DNA from: Paramoeba atlantica
Lineage: Eukaryota; Protista; Discosea
Direction of reading: 5' to 3'
DNA length: 64,000 nucleotides
Assembly: GCA_977017575.1 (NCBI GenBank)
Contig: CDRNVI010000063.1
Coordinates: 372,001 to 436,000, forward strand
A program made the position numbers and the translations under genes. Positions 35,053 to 46,364 of the stretch are shown here, piece after piece; position 1 is the stretch's first letter, and the number at the start of each line of letters is the position of its first letter. Under the pieces are notes generated by a model, which had not been told where the DNA came from, did not search any database, and saw only the letters and a list, made by a program, of their open reading frames with translations.

Positions 35053-35109
35053 GAGTACTGTAATACCCGGTGCCGTTTCACACGAGCACTAAATAACTAG
35101 GGTGTACTC
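35053..35109 (+). ncRNA. Small covarying stem-loop motif (R motif), single copy
   Basis: ACCCG-GTGC..GCAC-TAAATAACTAGGGT closed by GAGTAC/GTACTC. Confidence 0.55.
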
Positions 35110-35161
35110 TGAACCCATAGCCAGTCATGGCCAAACGGGTTAAACAACAACAACAACAACC

Positions 35162-35863
35162 TTGGCACTTATATCTCGTCTTGGTCTCAGTCACCCGCGG
35201 CTTCCAGGAAACTTACAATGCCCGGGGTGTCGAGTCATTCTTGAGTCTTCGTCAGCCCTCTCGCACATAGCGGGATGTGTTCAGTGCTCTGGAAACAATG
35301 CCACGACGAAACATGATGCGCTGGTGTGTAGAATTTACGATCTGTGCATGAAGGCTGGGGTACCATGCGAGCGGGAGCCACGACAATTTACGACCTACAA
35401 ATGCTCCACTTGCGGGGAGTCGTTCCCGCATTGGCGCAAACGTGAGCACCAACAGATCTGCCGAAATGCTAGTCTTCACCGGTCCGGACCTGATATAGTC
35501 GTATATTGGGCGTCCGGTGAAGTCTTCTACGACCTCACTGTAATCCATGAATTGGCGCCGTCGAATTTGCGGCGAGGGAGTGGGGCCCTAATGAGGGATG
35601 CGATCGCACGGAAACATAATACGTACGTCGCATCGGGGATGATTCCGCAGGAACGTTTTAAATGCATCCCAGTCCTCTCCGGCGGCGCCATGCATCAAGG
35701 GCTCAAGACCCTTCTGCACACGCTAGCGGACTGCTGTGGGCTTGAAAGAGGGAAAACTTTGAACGAATTTTCGTTGCACCTTCAAGAGTTGAACGGATCA
35801 GTGGTATTTTCCCAGCTGAAAAATTATCTAACGCAGGAGACATCTCAGGAACCGGGCCTCTGA
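35162..35863 (+). pseudogene. F2 CCHC + RLE fragment
   Basis: CPGC..HIAGC..KHDAL, EREPR..SGPDI..DLTVIH. Confidence 0.85.
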
Positions 35864-36967
35864 ACAGGTTTTTAGTTTCGGTCTATTAGAAATCTTTGGT
35901 ATTATTATAAACGTTTTTTTTGTATTAACCTGAACACATAACATAACATAACATTAAGGATATAAAGTATTCAAAAGAATAGAATACAATATATAATATC
36001 ATTTTTGGGATAGTTTCTCTTCGAAAATTGAGAGAAGGGGGGAAGGTGAACATTTCTCATTTCTCATTATCCTACGTGACTTCCTGCTGTGAGAGCTTAT
36101 AGGATTTCATGGGAGAAATGGCTCCGAGATGTTTTTTTTGCATGGAAAAAAGAAAAGGCATGAACTCGGATCATGGAACCAATTTGCCGCTAACGAAAAA
36201 CTCACGAACAACAAGCCAAGTACATACAACGATTTGCTTTATACAACAGCCATACCCGCACACACATCGAAAGAGTGGAACGAGAAACTAACACGCGTCG
36301 TGGAAGAGATAGGTGTAGACACAACGCCGGATCAAGGACACGATAAGTATCGAGACGAAGAGGACAGGTATTTCAGTGTGACGGCCTCTAAAACGCAGGA
36401 ACCTCCAGTCATAAAGAAGCTTTCAAACGGAATGCAGCTGCGACCCAGAGCATCTCACAATTCAAGTCAGGCACAAGAAGCTATTCGAATCAAATCTAGC
36501 CCACACTCGGGTTCAAACACGAGAAACCATGAACGGAGTACGCCCGATCGCAGTAGGAGAAACGCTCAAAAAAGTGTGGTACGATTCTCCTCCAAAGACA
36601 CGAAGAAAAGATTAAAGACTTTTTCCATCCGGTTCAACGCCGTGTCCTGCAAAGAAACGCATGCGAAGGAATAGTTCACACCATAGCAAAAAGAATATGA
36701 GGAGGGATACACCATCCTAGCAGTTGATTACGCGAATGCCTACAACACACCTACACGACAATTAATCTACGACGCCCTGAAGAAGTGCAATATCTTCAAA
36801 CCCTTCATGCGACTATTTGCCCTAGAGTACGGAGCTCCATCAGATCTTCGCTTCTTTGCGAACGACACTCTACATTCTACGATAAAAAGTACCTCAGGAG
36901 TACGACAAGGATCAGCGCTCTCATCGCTGTACTTCTGCGCCCCCATCCAGGATTCCCTGAAAGACAT

Positions 36968-37516
36968 GATGATGATGATGTATTGGGCCTTTTGACTCCG
37001 AAAAGTTATGGCCCCTCAACTCCCCAAACGGGCAGTCCGAATACGTCTTGCGACGTATCCGGAGAGCCAGCCATAGCAAGCTACGGCTGACCTCCGCTTG
37101 GAGAGGAGTTAGGTTACAGCTAGGGAGGTGGGGTGCGCTATACCCCTGCGCCTTAGGTAATGCAAATAAGGCGCCCCTTGACCAAAAAAACCACTCTATC
37201 TTTTGAGGGTGGATAAAAAAAACACAAACACATTCCAAAGATTAGCCCGAATGGCACCCACCCTAGTTTCTTAGTACCTTGTTATATTCGGTACCGGGCG
37301 GTGCCACCCATTCTACGTTGCCAGAATGACATCCACCCTAATTATTTAGTGCCTCGTTTTACTGGCACCGGGTAGTGTCATCCATATTGTATTCATCGTA
37401 TTCACCCTAGTTCTTTAGCGTCTTGTTATGCGACGCCGGGTGAGTTAGCTCGGGAAGCTGGGATCGCTAAGTCCCATCATCCGACATAAGCCGGATGCCC
37501 TGACATAAGCCGGATG
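36968..37516 (-). mobile_element. Non-coding SINE/retrozyme-like insertion with three R motifs
   Basis: 13-bp TSD CCCTGAAAGACAT (36955-36967, 37517-37529); (CAT)n tail on minus strand; motifs at 37253-37305, 37328-37379, 37401-37444. Confidence 0.8.
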
Positions 37517-39344
37517 CCCTGAAAGACATAGAAGAGCTCTTCCCAGAAGTCAAAGTAAGAGCGTACATGGATGATATTACACTCTCCTCCCGCGATCCAG
37601 CTACGCTCGAAGCCGCGTTCCTCCACCTACGCGAAGCATCAAACGATTTGGGCCTGAAGGTCAACTTCTCAAAATGTGAATGGTTCAAAAAAGCGAGCGA
37701 CTCAGCATACAATCAAGAGCAAACCCCGCAGTCGCTGCAAGATCTGGGAATGAGTGCAACGCATGAAACTATCAAAATCTTGGGCGCGTACATTGGAAAC
37801 GATCAGATTGTCAGCAACCTCCTAGTTCGCAAGCTAGAAAAACACAAATGTCTGTTTCGGCGACTTTATCGTATGGGTCCCAGCAATCTCTCCCCCGCTA
37901 TTCTGCAAAAGTGTACTAACCCCAGACAAGACTACCACATCCGAGTGCATAGACCCGACGCCTCTTTGGAGCTGGCGCAACAATTTGATACAGAAATCGG
38001 CAATATAGTTTCCCATTGGTTTCAGGCACGAGGAGATTCATTAAGGCTAGCTTCATTGCCCGAAAAACTCGGAGGACTCGGTTTAACACCATCATGCTTG
38101 AAGCACAAATACTTCTACAGTGCGTCTCGTCGATCCATTGAAGAGCAAGGAAAATCCCTTAACGCTCCGGTGGAGAAATCGAAACACTAAGAAGATTTCA
38201 GTGCTGCCAGAAAACAAATCAACAGCGAGCAAGATGGCTACGAAAGCAATCAGGGGAGAAAAATGATCGCCGCTGAACTGCGAAGAAAAAACTGAATGAT
38301 ATACTCGATCGCACGACAAATTCCCACAACCATCTGCACTCCACGAGCAACTATGTGAACCCCTATCTCTTCAGATATAGTGTCATGATGCGCCTGGGTT
38401 GCACGCCCCCCGAAATGCTAGACCTCATTCCATGCCCTGGATGCTCAACCGAACTGTCTGCAAGCAACGCCCTGCACCACGTAGCCGGATGTACACAATG
38501 CTCTGGAGTTAATGCTACAAGAAAGCACACACATCTTATTCGGTTCCTTGGGGAATTGTGCGCGAAAGCCGGTCTGCCGCACGTGCTCGAACCAAGAGTT
38601 CATACATCATTCTACTGCACGAAATGCAAGGCCTCCATCTCGGATGAAGCAGTTGAGAACCATCCCTGTAAAGCGCGACGCATAAGATCAGGACCTGACC
38701 TTGGGATCATGTGGCTTACCATCGGAGAGGTGCTATACGACTTAACGGTAGTACACACATGTGCATCAAGCCACATAAAATCAACTCCTGAACAACTGAT
38801 GCAGAATGCTCTGGAAAGAAAGAACAAGAAGTATGTGGTGGAAAAGGGTATTTCAACGCAGGAATTTAGTTGCCTGGCGGTTACAGAGTTCGGACAACTC
38901 CATCAAAATACCAGGCGATTGTTGGAATGCTTAGCGAAACGGTCAGAAAGAAATGTCAATGAAGTCAAGGAAGAGTTTCAGCTAGAGATTGAAAAGATGA
39001 ACGCCTACACAGTAGCTAATCAACTGAGAAAGTACATGACACCAACTCAATGGCTGGGAGAACTCCAACAATAAACAAGTAGCAGCTGATTAATGCAACG
39101 AATATTAATATTACCGATCCAGCTAGCGCCTGTCTGAATACCAAACGTTTGTTTAATTCACCCCTTTTTGTTTTTTTTTCCAAACTCGAATACGTAAAGC
39201 AAAGATATGGAATAGCAATAACAAAAGGAAAAGGGGATCCGTCCTTTTTGAGACTTTAAGGATAAAGTCCTCCTTTAAGGAGGATACATCCGTTCCTCTC
39301 TTCTCTCCTTCTCCTCTGCGATTGACTGATTTTGTTTTGATGGA

Positions 39345-39403
39345 GGCACCATCCGGTACCAAATACATATATAACAAGGTACTAAATAACTAGGATGAGT
39401 GCC
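39345..39403 (+). ncRNA. R motif in an F2 3' region
   Basis: GGCACCATCCG-GTACC..GGTAC-TAAATAACTAGGATGAGTGCC. Confidence 0.55.
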
Positions 39404-39869
39404 ATGCGGGCTTGTTTTTATATTGTTTACGAGAGTCTGATATTTTATGGAAACATGGGAAAAGGGGAAAGTGGATAAGGGGACAGTAAGGGGAAAAGCA
39501 GGTAAGGAGAAAACGGGTAATGGGTTAGTGAGTAAAGAGGAAGTGGGAAAGGGATAAATTTAGGGTAGGATAAATTAGGGCAGGATAAATTAGGGTAAGA
39601 AAAAAAAATACAAAAAAAAGTGGGGATAGTCGCGCGGAGCACTGTGGGGAGAACGGCGGGGAGTGAAGTTGGGAGCGTGGCGGAAGCGGGGAGCGCGGCG
39701 GGAAGCGGGGCGAGGAGCGCGGCAGGGAGAGCGGCGTGAGCGCGGCGGGGAGAGTTGTTGTTGTTGTTGTGCAGGCCGTTTGTCGCCGCAGCGATATGGC
39801 CTCCTAAGGGGGTATTAAACAAAAAGGGGATATTAAACAAAAAGGGGGCATTAAACAAACACTGCACTA

Positions 39870-41190
39870 ACTCACATCCCCGGATGCGTGCAATGTACAT
39901 TCTTTGCTCGCGCGCTTTTACAAAATCCTATCTTCAAGCCCTTCATGAGACTTTTTTATCTGGAATACGGCCTTCTCTCAGAACTGCTATTCTTTGCCAA
40001 CAACTCCCTGCATGACACAATACAAAGTTCATCTGGAATCCGGCAGGGGTCCGCTCTCTCCTCCATGTATTTCTGTGCGCTTCTGCAAGGCCCTCTGAAA
40101 GAAGTAGTGAATCTTTACCCTGAAGTCAATATCAGAGCCTATCAAGATGATGTGACACAGAATCTACAATCTCTAGAGGCAGCTTTTCTTCATTTACGTG
40201 AGGTTACAGAAGATTTCAACCTACAGATCAATTTCCAGAAATGTGAGTTATTTCAGAAAGTCTCTCCTAGCGCTACTCAGCCCTTTCCATTAGAAAACCT
40301 AGGTATAAATTTTCGCACGGATGCGATTAAAATTCTTGGAGCTTACATTGGTCCTGACCGCGTAGTGGAAAATTTTCTCCTTGAGAAGCTTAAGAAACAC
40401 AAATGCCTGTTACTATAAGAGCATACCAGTTATAAGTTATATTATAAGTTACTATAAGAGCATACCAGGACGACGTCACGATGAGCTCCAAAAATGAAGC
40501 TTCTCTCGAGGTTGCGTTTCAGCACTTTAAAGAGCTTACGAACGACTTGAACTTGGAAATAAACTTCCGGAAATGCGAAATTTTTCAAGGGTCTAAGGCA
40601 CAGCACTTCAAAGGTTCGACACTCCGAGAACTAGGGGTTCAAGACTGCGTTGACACGATCAAAGTACTTGGAGGATACATAGGGAGTAACAAAGCAGTAG
40701 AACGCATGCTCCTTGAAAAATTAGAAAAACACAACTGTTTGTTTCGAAGACTCAGTCGCATGGGCCCAAGCAATCTCTCACTAGCAATTCTCAAACGCTG
40801 TACATTACCACGTCATGATTATCACTTGCGAGTACACAAACCGGGAGCTTCCCTTCTTCTAGCACAGGAATTCGATAAGGAGATCCGGCAGGTCTTAGTG
40901 AAATGGTGTGACGCTGACGAAGATGCTCTAACACTCGCTTCTTTGCCATGCAAAATGGGAGGACTGGGAATAACCTCAACGATCCTAAAACCTCTTTGAC
41001 GCTTCTCGTCAATCTATCGATGAGCAATTCAAACCACATGAAGCTCCGGTAGAAAAACTTGAGAAGCAACGAAAAGGTATGAGGACAACGGGATCACAAT
41101 GCGCACGTACTGCAATGAAAAAAATGGCAAATAGTGAGCACGAAAAGCTAGCAGCGGAGCTGAAATCGAATCCTCGTTTCAGTGGGGTTA
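39870..41190 (+). pseudogene. F2 RT/thumb fragments, continued at 46365
   Basis: RQGSALSSMYF, AYQDD twice (two copies joined near 40407-40468), LPCKMGGLGI. Confidence 0.8.
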
Positions 41191-41265
41191 TTAGAGTTTA
41201 CGGAAAGAATTGCTTGAAGAAAATATTTATTCTTTGACCGTGGCCCTACGGGGCACATATACATA

Positions 41266-41908
41266 CAGGGGTGAAAATCCCATGGTGGGGGGGGTCTAAA
41301 ATTCGTAAAATTTGTCCAATTTTTGAAAATAATAGCGCGTTCGAGAGCTCTCGCAGAGTTGTATGTTTTAAGATAGGCAGTTTGCGGGGGTTAGGGGGGT
41401 ACCCCCCTTTGATGGAAGGGTCAAAAACACGATTTGCAAATTTGAAAAACTGTAAAAAATGGTCAAAAATTACCCTTAATACCCACAGAAAGACCCGTTT
41501 CGCTCAATAACGATGCGACAACGCTTGCGGAAACTGCTCATCGTGTTAATACATTCTTGCTTGCGTTCTGATTGTAATCTTTCGAACGCTGTCTCAATGG
41601 CCGATACTAATTCAGCCCGAGATCATTTTTGATCCTGTCCATGGTCCCCCAAAGGTTTTCAATGGTGTTTAAATCGGGGGATTTTGCAGGCCAAGAGAGT
41701 ACATTAATACCTTCGTTGCGAAAGGTTGTTCGCGCAGAATTATGAACAGGACAATTATCCATTGCAACGACCCCAGATGGGTGGCGCCTCAAATAATTTA
41801 AAAGTCCTTTGCGCTTCTTCATGGCGTCATTGAAAACATCCCCTGTTATAGTTACTTTTCGGCCGGAAGGGTCGTGGGAGGGAAAAATATATGGGGGGGA
41901 ACCATGTA
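41266..41908 (-). pseudogene. Tc1-like transposon 3' half (family 2) inside YR1 A1
   Basis: MDNCPVH..WPAKSPDLNTIENLW; terminus TA|CAGGGGTG shared with 59381. Confidence 0.8.
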
Positions 41909-41991
41909 ATTATACTTTTAGCATACTATACTATACATTATTTTACTCTAGTGACTTATAACCTTTTTCCACTCGCAAAAGGAAAGTTGCG

Positions 41992-43108
41992 ATGACACAA
42001 CCCGAACTTCACTCTACCCGAAATTTACGGTCATCGCGCAGTTCGTCTCCTGCAGTGCAACGGCCCGAGCCTACCGAGCCGTTGTCGCAGCAGGAACTGA
42101 GTTTGGTGTGCACTGTTGCCCGAGAAAAACTGTTGAGTAGGGTGGCGGTCAATGTTAGGGCCAAATTTCGACGCAAGGACTCTTCTTCTGAGGCAATGCA
42201 AGTTGTGCAAGGTAAGATTCGAAAAGAAGGGATTGAAAAAAAGGGGTGTCTGGGATAATGAACCCTCAAAAGAGTATCCATTTCCGCACGCCGACTTGTA
42301 CTATTACGACATTTCGATCATAGATGATCCTCCGGCGACTACGGGGCTAGAACAAGGGTCGACCGCCAATGGATTACGTACTAGTCAGAATTTCCCGGAT
42401 GGTGGGGGGACAAACGAGGCTATTGTTAATGCTGATACTGTGGAAACTGGAATTCCTTTCGGACCGAGTGCCAAATTGGACCCTAACGGCCTGGATCCTT
42501 ACGAGCCGATTACGTTCACCCCATGGATTAACGCCTTTGATGACGGGGGATTTCGCGTACGGGATTTGATGCGAGAACTGCGAGAAGCACCAGAATTTGG
42601 ACTTCGCGTGAACCAGTTTTTCACCGACCGGACTTTTCTGAAGCAACAAGAACGATTTTTTGAAAATGTTTTTTGCAAGTGGATTCTTTTTGCGCGGGTG
42701 ACTCAAGGTTGGGATCAGGGAGTTTACTTGGAAATGGGAAAAGCAATCATTCAGACGATGCGCGATGCATATTGGCGAGCCCGGCGCATTGACGTGGATT
42801 TCGTGCATCAAAAATTGCAAAAAGACGCCCGTCCGAATGATAAGTTCTACCATCTTGTCAGTGAGCAATTAGTTGATCGCCAGAAGCAGTATGCCCGCCA
42901 AGTGGGATTTTCCGGATCAGGGGTCTTCCACTCAAAGGCAAGTTTTCAAGGAAATGCGCGCCAGAATTTTGTACCTCAACAGCGAGCTCCTTTATTGTGT
43001 TATGGTTGTCGTTCCCCTGACCACATGTGGAGAAATTGTCCTAAACGGTTTCAGCAGGGTTTTCGTTCGAGGGTGGCTGGCCCTGCACAAGGCAGCAAGA
43101 ACTTCTGA
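41992..43108 (+). CDS. Gag-like protein with CCHC zinc knuckle (probable frameshift near 42250)
   Basis: CYGCRSPDHMWRNC; homologous to 63390-63938; ORFs 41992-42258 and 42152-43108. Confidence 0.75.
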
Positions 43109-45849
43109 AACGTTCCCACCCGAACGGCCAGTACTACAATAAATACCAACCGAAACCACAAACCTTTTACGCAAGTGAACAGTACAGTAACAGTTTTCAA
43201 AAGAAAAAGGATACAATTTATGCAAGTGACGAAGAAACGAAGGATGGAGAAGAATCACGTGGGTGTAGTGAGTGCAAAGAACTCAAGAGGAAGATATCTC
43301 AGATCTGGGACTTTATACGGCGGGACGCTAAGTTTGGAGCAGGTGCCGGAAAGGCAGAAATTGATGAAGTTATTGCTGGGTGTGACAATAATGAGTCCCG
43401 AAATAAGGATGGCTCTCGATGCAATGGGGGCAATGTGGAGCGTTTCGACGTGGCGGGCACGGGCACGAATATGGGAGCGCCTGTCAGCCTTTTGCACGGG
43501 AAGGGGGATACGGATAACGGCGTTACACGCCGTGACTTTTCTTGCCAGTTTGCAGATAAGAATACAGGCGAAACTAACTTACGCCCGAACCCTCGCCTCG
43601 ATATTAAACCTTGCAGGGGAAAATACGAACCCGTTAAAATTCTACGTAAAATCTCTAATGGCGGAAGGAGCGACGGAACCATGCCGTCAAATGGAACCCC
43701 TGACGCAGCAGCACATTCAGAAATTGTGGAACCACATGGCATCCCGCAAAAAACATACGCTGCTGCTGTGCTGGAAGGGGGCAAGCCGTTGGTCCGAAAC
43801 GGCAGCGTTGACCAGAAAACGGTTTTACGAAGTGGCGTCCAACAGAATTGTAATTTGGTGGGGAAGGCATACGAAGACGTCCCGCCTAAACCCATATCGC
43901 CCATCCATGTATACCGTCATCGAGGGACCGGGCACGGAGGAGCTCGCAAGGTATGTAGCGCAACTAAAGCCTCTCCAACCGATGTCATGGGCTACAACTT
44001 CAAAAGTGGATGTCGAGATAAGGAAAATTTTCGGATTGGGTTTCGGGTCACATTCGGCAAAGCGCGGGGCGATCACTCTTCTTCTCGCGGAGGTGGCAAA
44101 CGGCAATCTAAATTTGGAGGAGGTCCAGCATCTTGCAAAACATCAGAGCCTGGAATCTCTTCTGCGGTACAATGCCGATCCAGTGACGACTGCACTGGCA
44201 CTGGGAACGCACAAAGCAACGCGCAAGTTGACCATCTGATTACGGAAGACAATCTTTTTATCAAATTTTTAGACGATATTCCTCAGGAGAAAGTTAAACA
44301 CACGATTACTCGTACTCGACGAACATCGAAAGTGGCTCTTCCATCCGATTATAATCTTCCGTTGCACGTGAAATCCGGAATACCCGACATGCAGGTTAAT
44401 ACTCTCAGACGAATGATGAACAGCGAAGCAGAACGCCGATTCGCAGAAACATGGGATACACTTGTTCGGCTACCGTCTACACCGACGATAGAGCCGCGAT
44501 TCAAATCCTTTTTACCCCCAGCTGATATATCCGCTTTGTTGGAGACAGGAGTTATTTCACGGGTTGGATCCGAGGTAGTAAAGGCCAGACCTTCGATGGA
44601 GTGGGTGATTCCGTTCACGGTGGTGGAGCCAGCTGACGACGATTCGGAGCGACGTCGCTTTATAGCCTGGACCCGAGGCGATAACAATAGAATTCGCGAA
44701 GAGTACAAGCCTGAGGTTCCGGTTTGCCATGCTGCATATTACCTTCATCGGGTTCGAGACCAATGTGCTATTAAGCGGGATTTAGCGTGCGGGTTTTGGC
44801 AGGTGAAGATACCGGTGGAATCACGACAAAAATTTCGCTTCCGTGACGAGGAGGGCATATTATACGAAATGAATGTTATGCCCATGGGGCATCGTTGTGC
44901 CCCCGAGATAATGCACACCCTTACGGCCACCATTGGGGGTGACCCCCGATATTGTAATCGAGATGCGTCTTTTCCTGGAGGGGGTCTGGATGTTTACATT
45001 GACGGTATTCGTTTTGCGGGCGAGGTGTCTAAGGTGAATGAGTACGCGCGCTTCATTGATCGTCGTGCTATCAATGTCAATGCTAAGTTTAAGGATCATG
45101 GCGACCCGCCAATGGATGTTTATACCTTTAATGGGGTTACCTTTTTTCACCGAGATGGAAAGGTTAGTCTAGGGCCTAAGTTGACGCGACGATTGCAAAG
45201 TGATGATTTCTTAGCGGGAACCTATGGGTCTTTGGAGGCAGGCGTTGGGAGATTAATTTTTGCATCGGCCATCATGGGAATATGTATGCCAGAGTACCAT
45301 TTGGAGTTGAAAATTGTTAGGCGCCGAATTTATCGATTGAATCGCGAACCGAATTTACTTGATGATAAGGTCCCATTACCGACATCTGTCAGGATACGTT
45401 TGATGGCGTGGAGGGATAAATTGCTTTATCGTTCACCTGTTACACCGCCTCGCCATCCAGATACTGTTCCCCATCAACATACTTTGTTTACGGATGCGTC
45501 ATCTGTAGGATGGGGGGCGGTCCTATATCTTGATTACGGACCCATGTTTTGCACTGGTGCGCAGTGGCCGGCGGATTTTAATTACGAGGTTAATAGAGCT
45601 GAAGCGCGGGCAGTTCGACTCGCCTTTGAGAAATTTCAAATTCACTTTAAGAAAGATACGTGTGTGGACTTTTTCATTGATAATACTTCGTGTGTGGCCG
45701 CTGTTAATAGAAAGGTTTCAAAATCAAATGGGATTACCGAGGAGCTTCGTCGTTTACTGCATTTTCTGAACAAGAACGGCTTAGCGGTTAAAGCAGAGTA
45801 CGTACGATCATCCGAGAACCCAGCCGATCATTACAGTCGATATTTTTGA
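43045..45849 (+). CDS. RT-RNaseH ORF, probably reached by -1 frameshift from gag
   Basis: Open from the stop at 43042-43044; KRDLACGFWQV, MPMGHRCAPE, YIDG, LFTDASSVGWG, FIDN, ENPADHYSR. Confidence 0.88.
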   Translation, partial: TVSAGFSFEGGWPCTRQQELLKRSHPNGQYYNKYQPKPQTFYASEQYSNSFQKKKDTIYASDEETKDGEESRGCSECKELKRKISQIWDFIRRDAKFGAGAGKAEIDEVIAGCDNNESRNKDGSRCNGGNVERFDVAGTGTNMGAPVSLLHGKGDTDNGVTRRDFSCQFADKNTGETNLRPNPRLDIKPCRGKYEPVKILRKISNGGRSDGTMPSNGTPDAAAHSEIVEPHGIPQKTYAAAVLEGGKPLVRNGSVDQKTVLRSGVQQNCNLVGKAYEDVPPKPISPIHVYRHRGTGHGGARKVCSATKASPTDVMGYNFKSGCRDKENFRIGFRVTFGKARGDHSSSRGGGKRQSKFGGGPASCKTSEPGISSAVQCRSSDDCTGTGNAQSNAQVDHLITEDNLFIKFLDDIPQEKVKHTITRTRRTSKVALPSDYNLPLHVKSGIPDMQVNTLRRMMNSEAERRFAETWDTLVRLPSTPTIEPRFKSFLPPADISALLETGVISRVGSEVVKARPSMEWVIPFTVVEPADDDSERRRFIAWTRGDNNRIREEYKPEVPVCHAAYYLHRVRDQCAIKRDLACGFWQVKIPVESRQKFRFRDEEGILYEMNVMPMGHRCAPEIMHTLTATIGGDPRYCNRDASFPGGGLDVYIDGIRFAGEVSKVNEYARFIDRRAINVNAKFKDHGDPPMDVYTFNGVTFFHRDGKVSLGPKLTRRLQSDDFLAGTYGSLEAGVGRLIFASAIMGICMPEYHLELKIVRRRIYRLNREPNLLDDKVPLPTSVRIRLMAWRDKLLYRSPVTPPRHPDTVPHQHTLFTDASSVGWGAVLYLDYGPMFCTGAQWPADFNYEVNRAEARAVRLAFEKFQIHFKKDTCVDFFIDNTSCVAAVNRKVSKSNGITEELRRLLHFLNKNGLAVKAEYVRSSENPADHYSRYF
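43057..43063 (+). promoter_or_regulatory. Putative -1 ribosomal frameshift heptamer G_GGT_TTT
   Basis: X_XXY_YYZ in gag frame, shifting into the RT frame; homologous G_GAT_TTT in YR2. Confidence 0.7.
43175..44239 (+). CDS. Tyrosine recombinase (overlaps RT ORF in another frame)
   Basis: GASRWSE, TKTS, HSAKRG, KHQSLESLLRY match the R-K-H-R-H-Y catalytic pattern. Confidence 0.88.
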   Translation: MNSTVTVFKRKRIQFMQVTKKRRMEKNHVGVVSAKNSRGRYLRSGTLYGGTLSLEQVPERQKLMKLLLGVTIMSPEIRMALDAMGAMWSVSTWRARARIWERLSAFCTGRGIRITALHAVTFLASLQIRIQAKLTYARTLASILNLAGENTNPLKFYVKSLMAEGATEPCRQMEPLTQQHIQKLWNHMASRKKHTLLLCWKGASRWSETAALTRKRFYEVASNRIVIWWGRHTKTSRLNPYRPSMYTVIEGPGTEELARYVAQLKPLQPMSWATTSKVDVEIRKIFGLGFGSHSAKRGAITLLLAEVANGNLNLEEVQHLAKHQSLESLLRYNADPVTTALALGTHKATRKLTI

Positions 45850-46364
45850 AAGATGTTGTTTTCGAAGGATTGAATTACGCCATTTGTGAAAGCGCATATG
45901 ATACGTATAGTGGATAAAAATAAGATATTGAGCGTTGAAAATCAAAAAAAAAAAAAAAAAACGAAGACGAGGGAGACGTAAACTTCATGCAATCAATAAC
46001 CAAGCAGAACGGACATGTGAGCGATTTTGATGTGTATGAGGAATGAGTGAGTGAGGAGACGAGATGACGAGGGGGGGGCTCTCAGATAGTAGGCAATCTG
46101 GGGTCTCTTCTTCTTGCCGTCACTAGCGTTTGGGTGATTTGAAGACTGGCGAGTGGGTGGTCCCCGCCGGGGAACTACCCATTCGCAAGAGAGAGAAAGT
46201 TTGAATATTGTTTTGTGGACGTCCATATATTTTTTGTTATCATTATAGTCAGGATAGGAAAGTTGAAAGACATGTAGTTATTTAGTTTTATTTACTTGAT
46301 GAATATTATTTACTTAGGACAATTCTTTATATATTTTGTACAAAGATTTTATGATGAGCAATTC

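Larger units (their letters stand above)
36100..39430 (+). pseudogene. F2 element with internal deletion: N-terminus, RT, thumb, RLE, UTR
   Basis: 36129-36674 N-terminus; RT rejoins across the insert as PIQDSLKDI|EELFPEVKVRAYMDD; RLE 38355-39074. Confidence 0.82.
41191..46364 (+). mobile_element. TATE/VIPER-like YR retrotransposon (YR1), inserted without TSD
   Basis: Begins TTAGAGTTTACGGAAAGAATTG, ends GAGCAATTC; flanks rejoin in frame as SGVI|KRSKEAN; A2-B2 absent. Confidence 0.85.

Noticed and set aside
35053-35109. R motif as a pistol ribozyme (hairpin followed by TAAATA)
   Set aside because: The loop pseudoknot, GCG and P3/GU elements are not conserved across the five copies
37245-37450. 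Three spaced repeats as a CRISPR array
   Set aside because: Repeats vary in their stems, the context is eukaryotic, no cas genes are present, and the block lies in a TSD-flanked insert
39630-39860. GC-rich repeats and 18-bp repeats as a possible host gene fragment
   Set aside because: Low complexity only (Ala/Leu/Pro on the minus strand), with no domain evidence
45944-45961. A-run after YR1 RT as a retroposed mRNA tail
   Set aside because: The element continues to its B end at 46364, and a similar A-run precedes B1 at ~31197-31209
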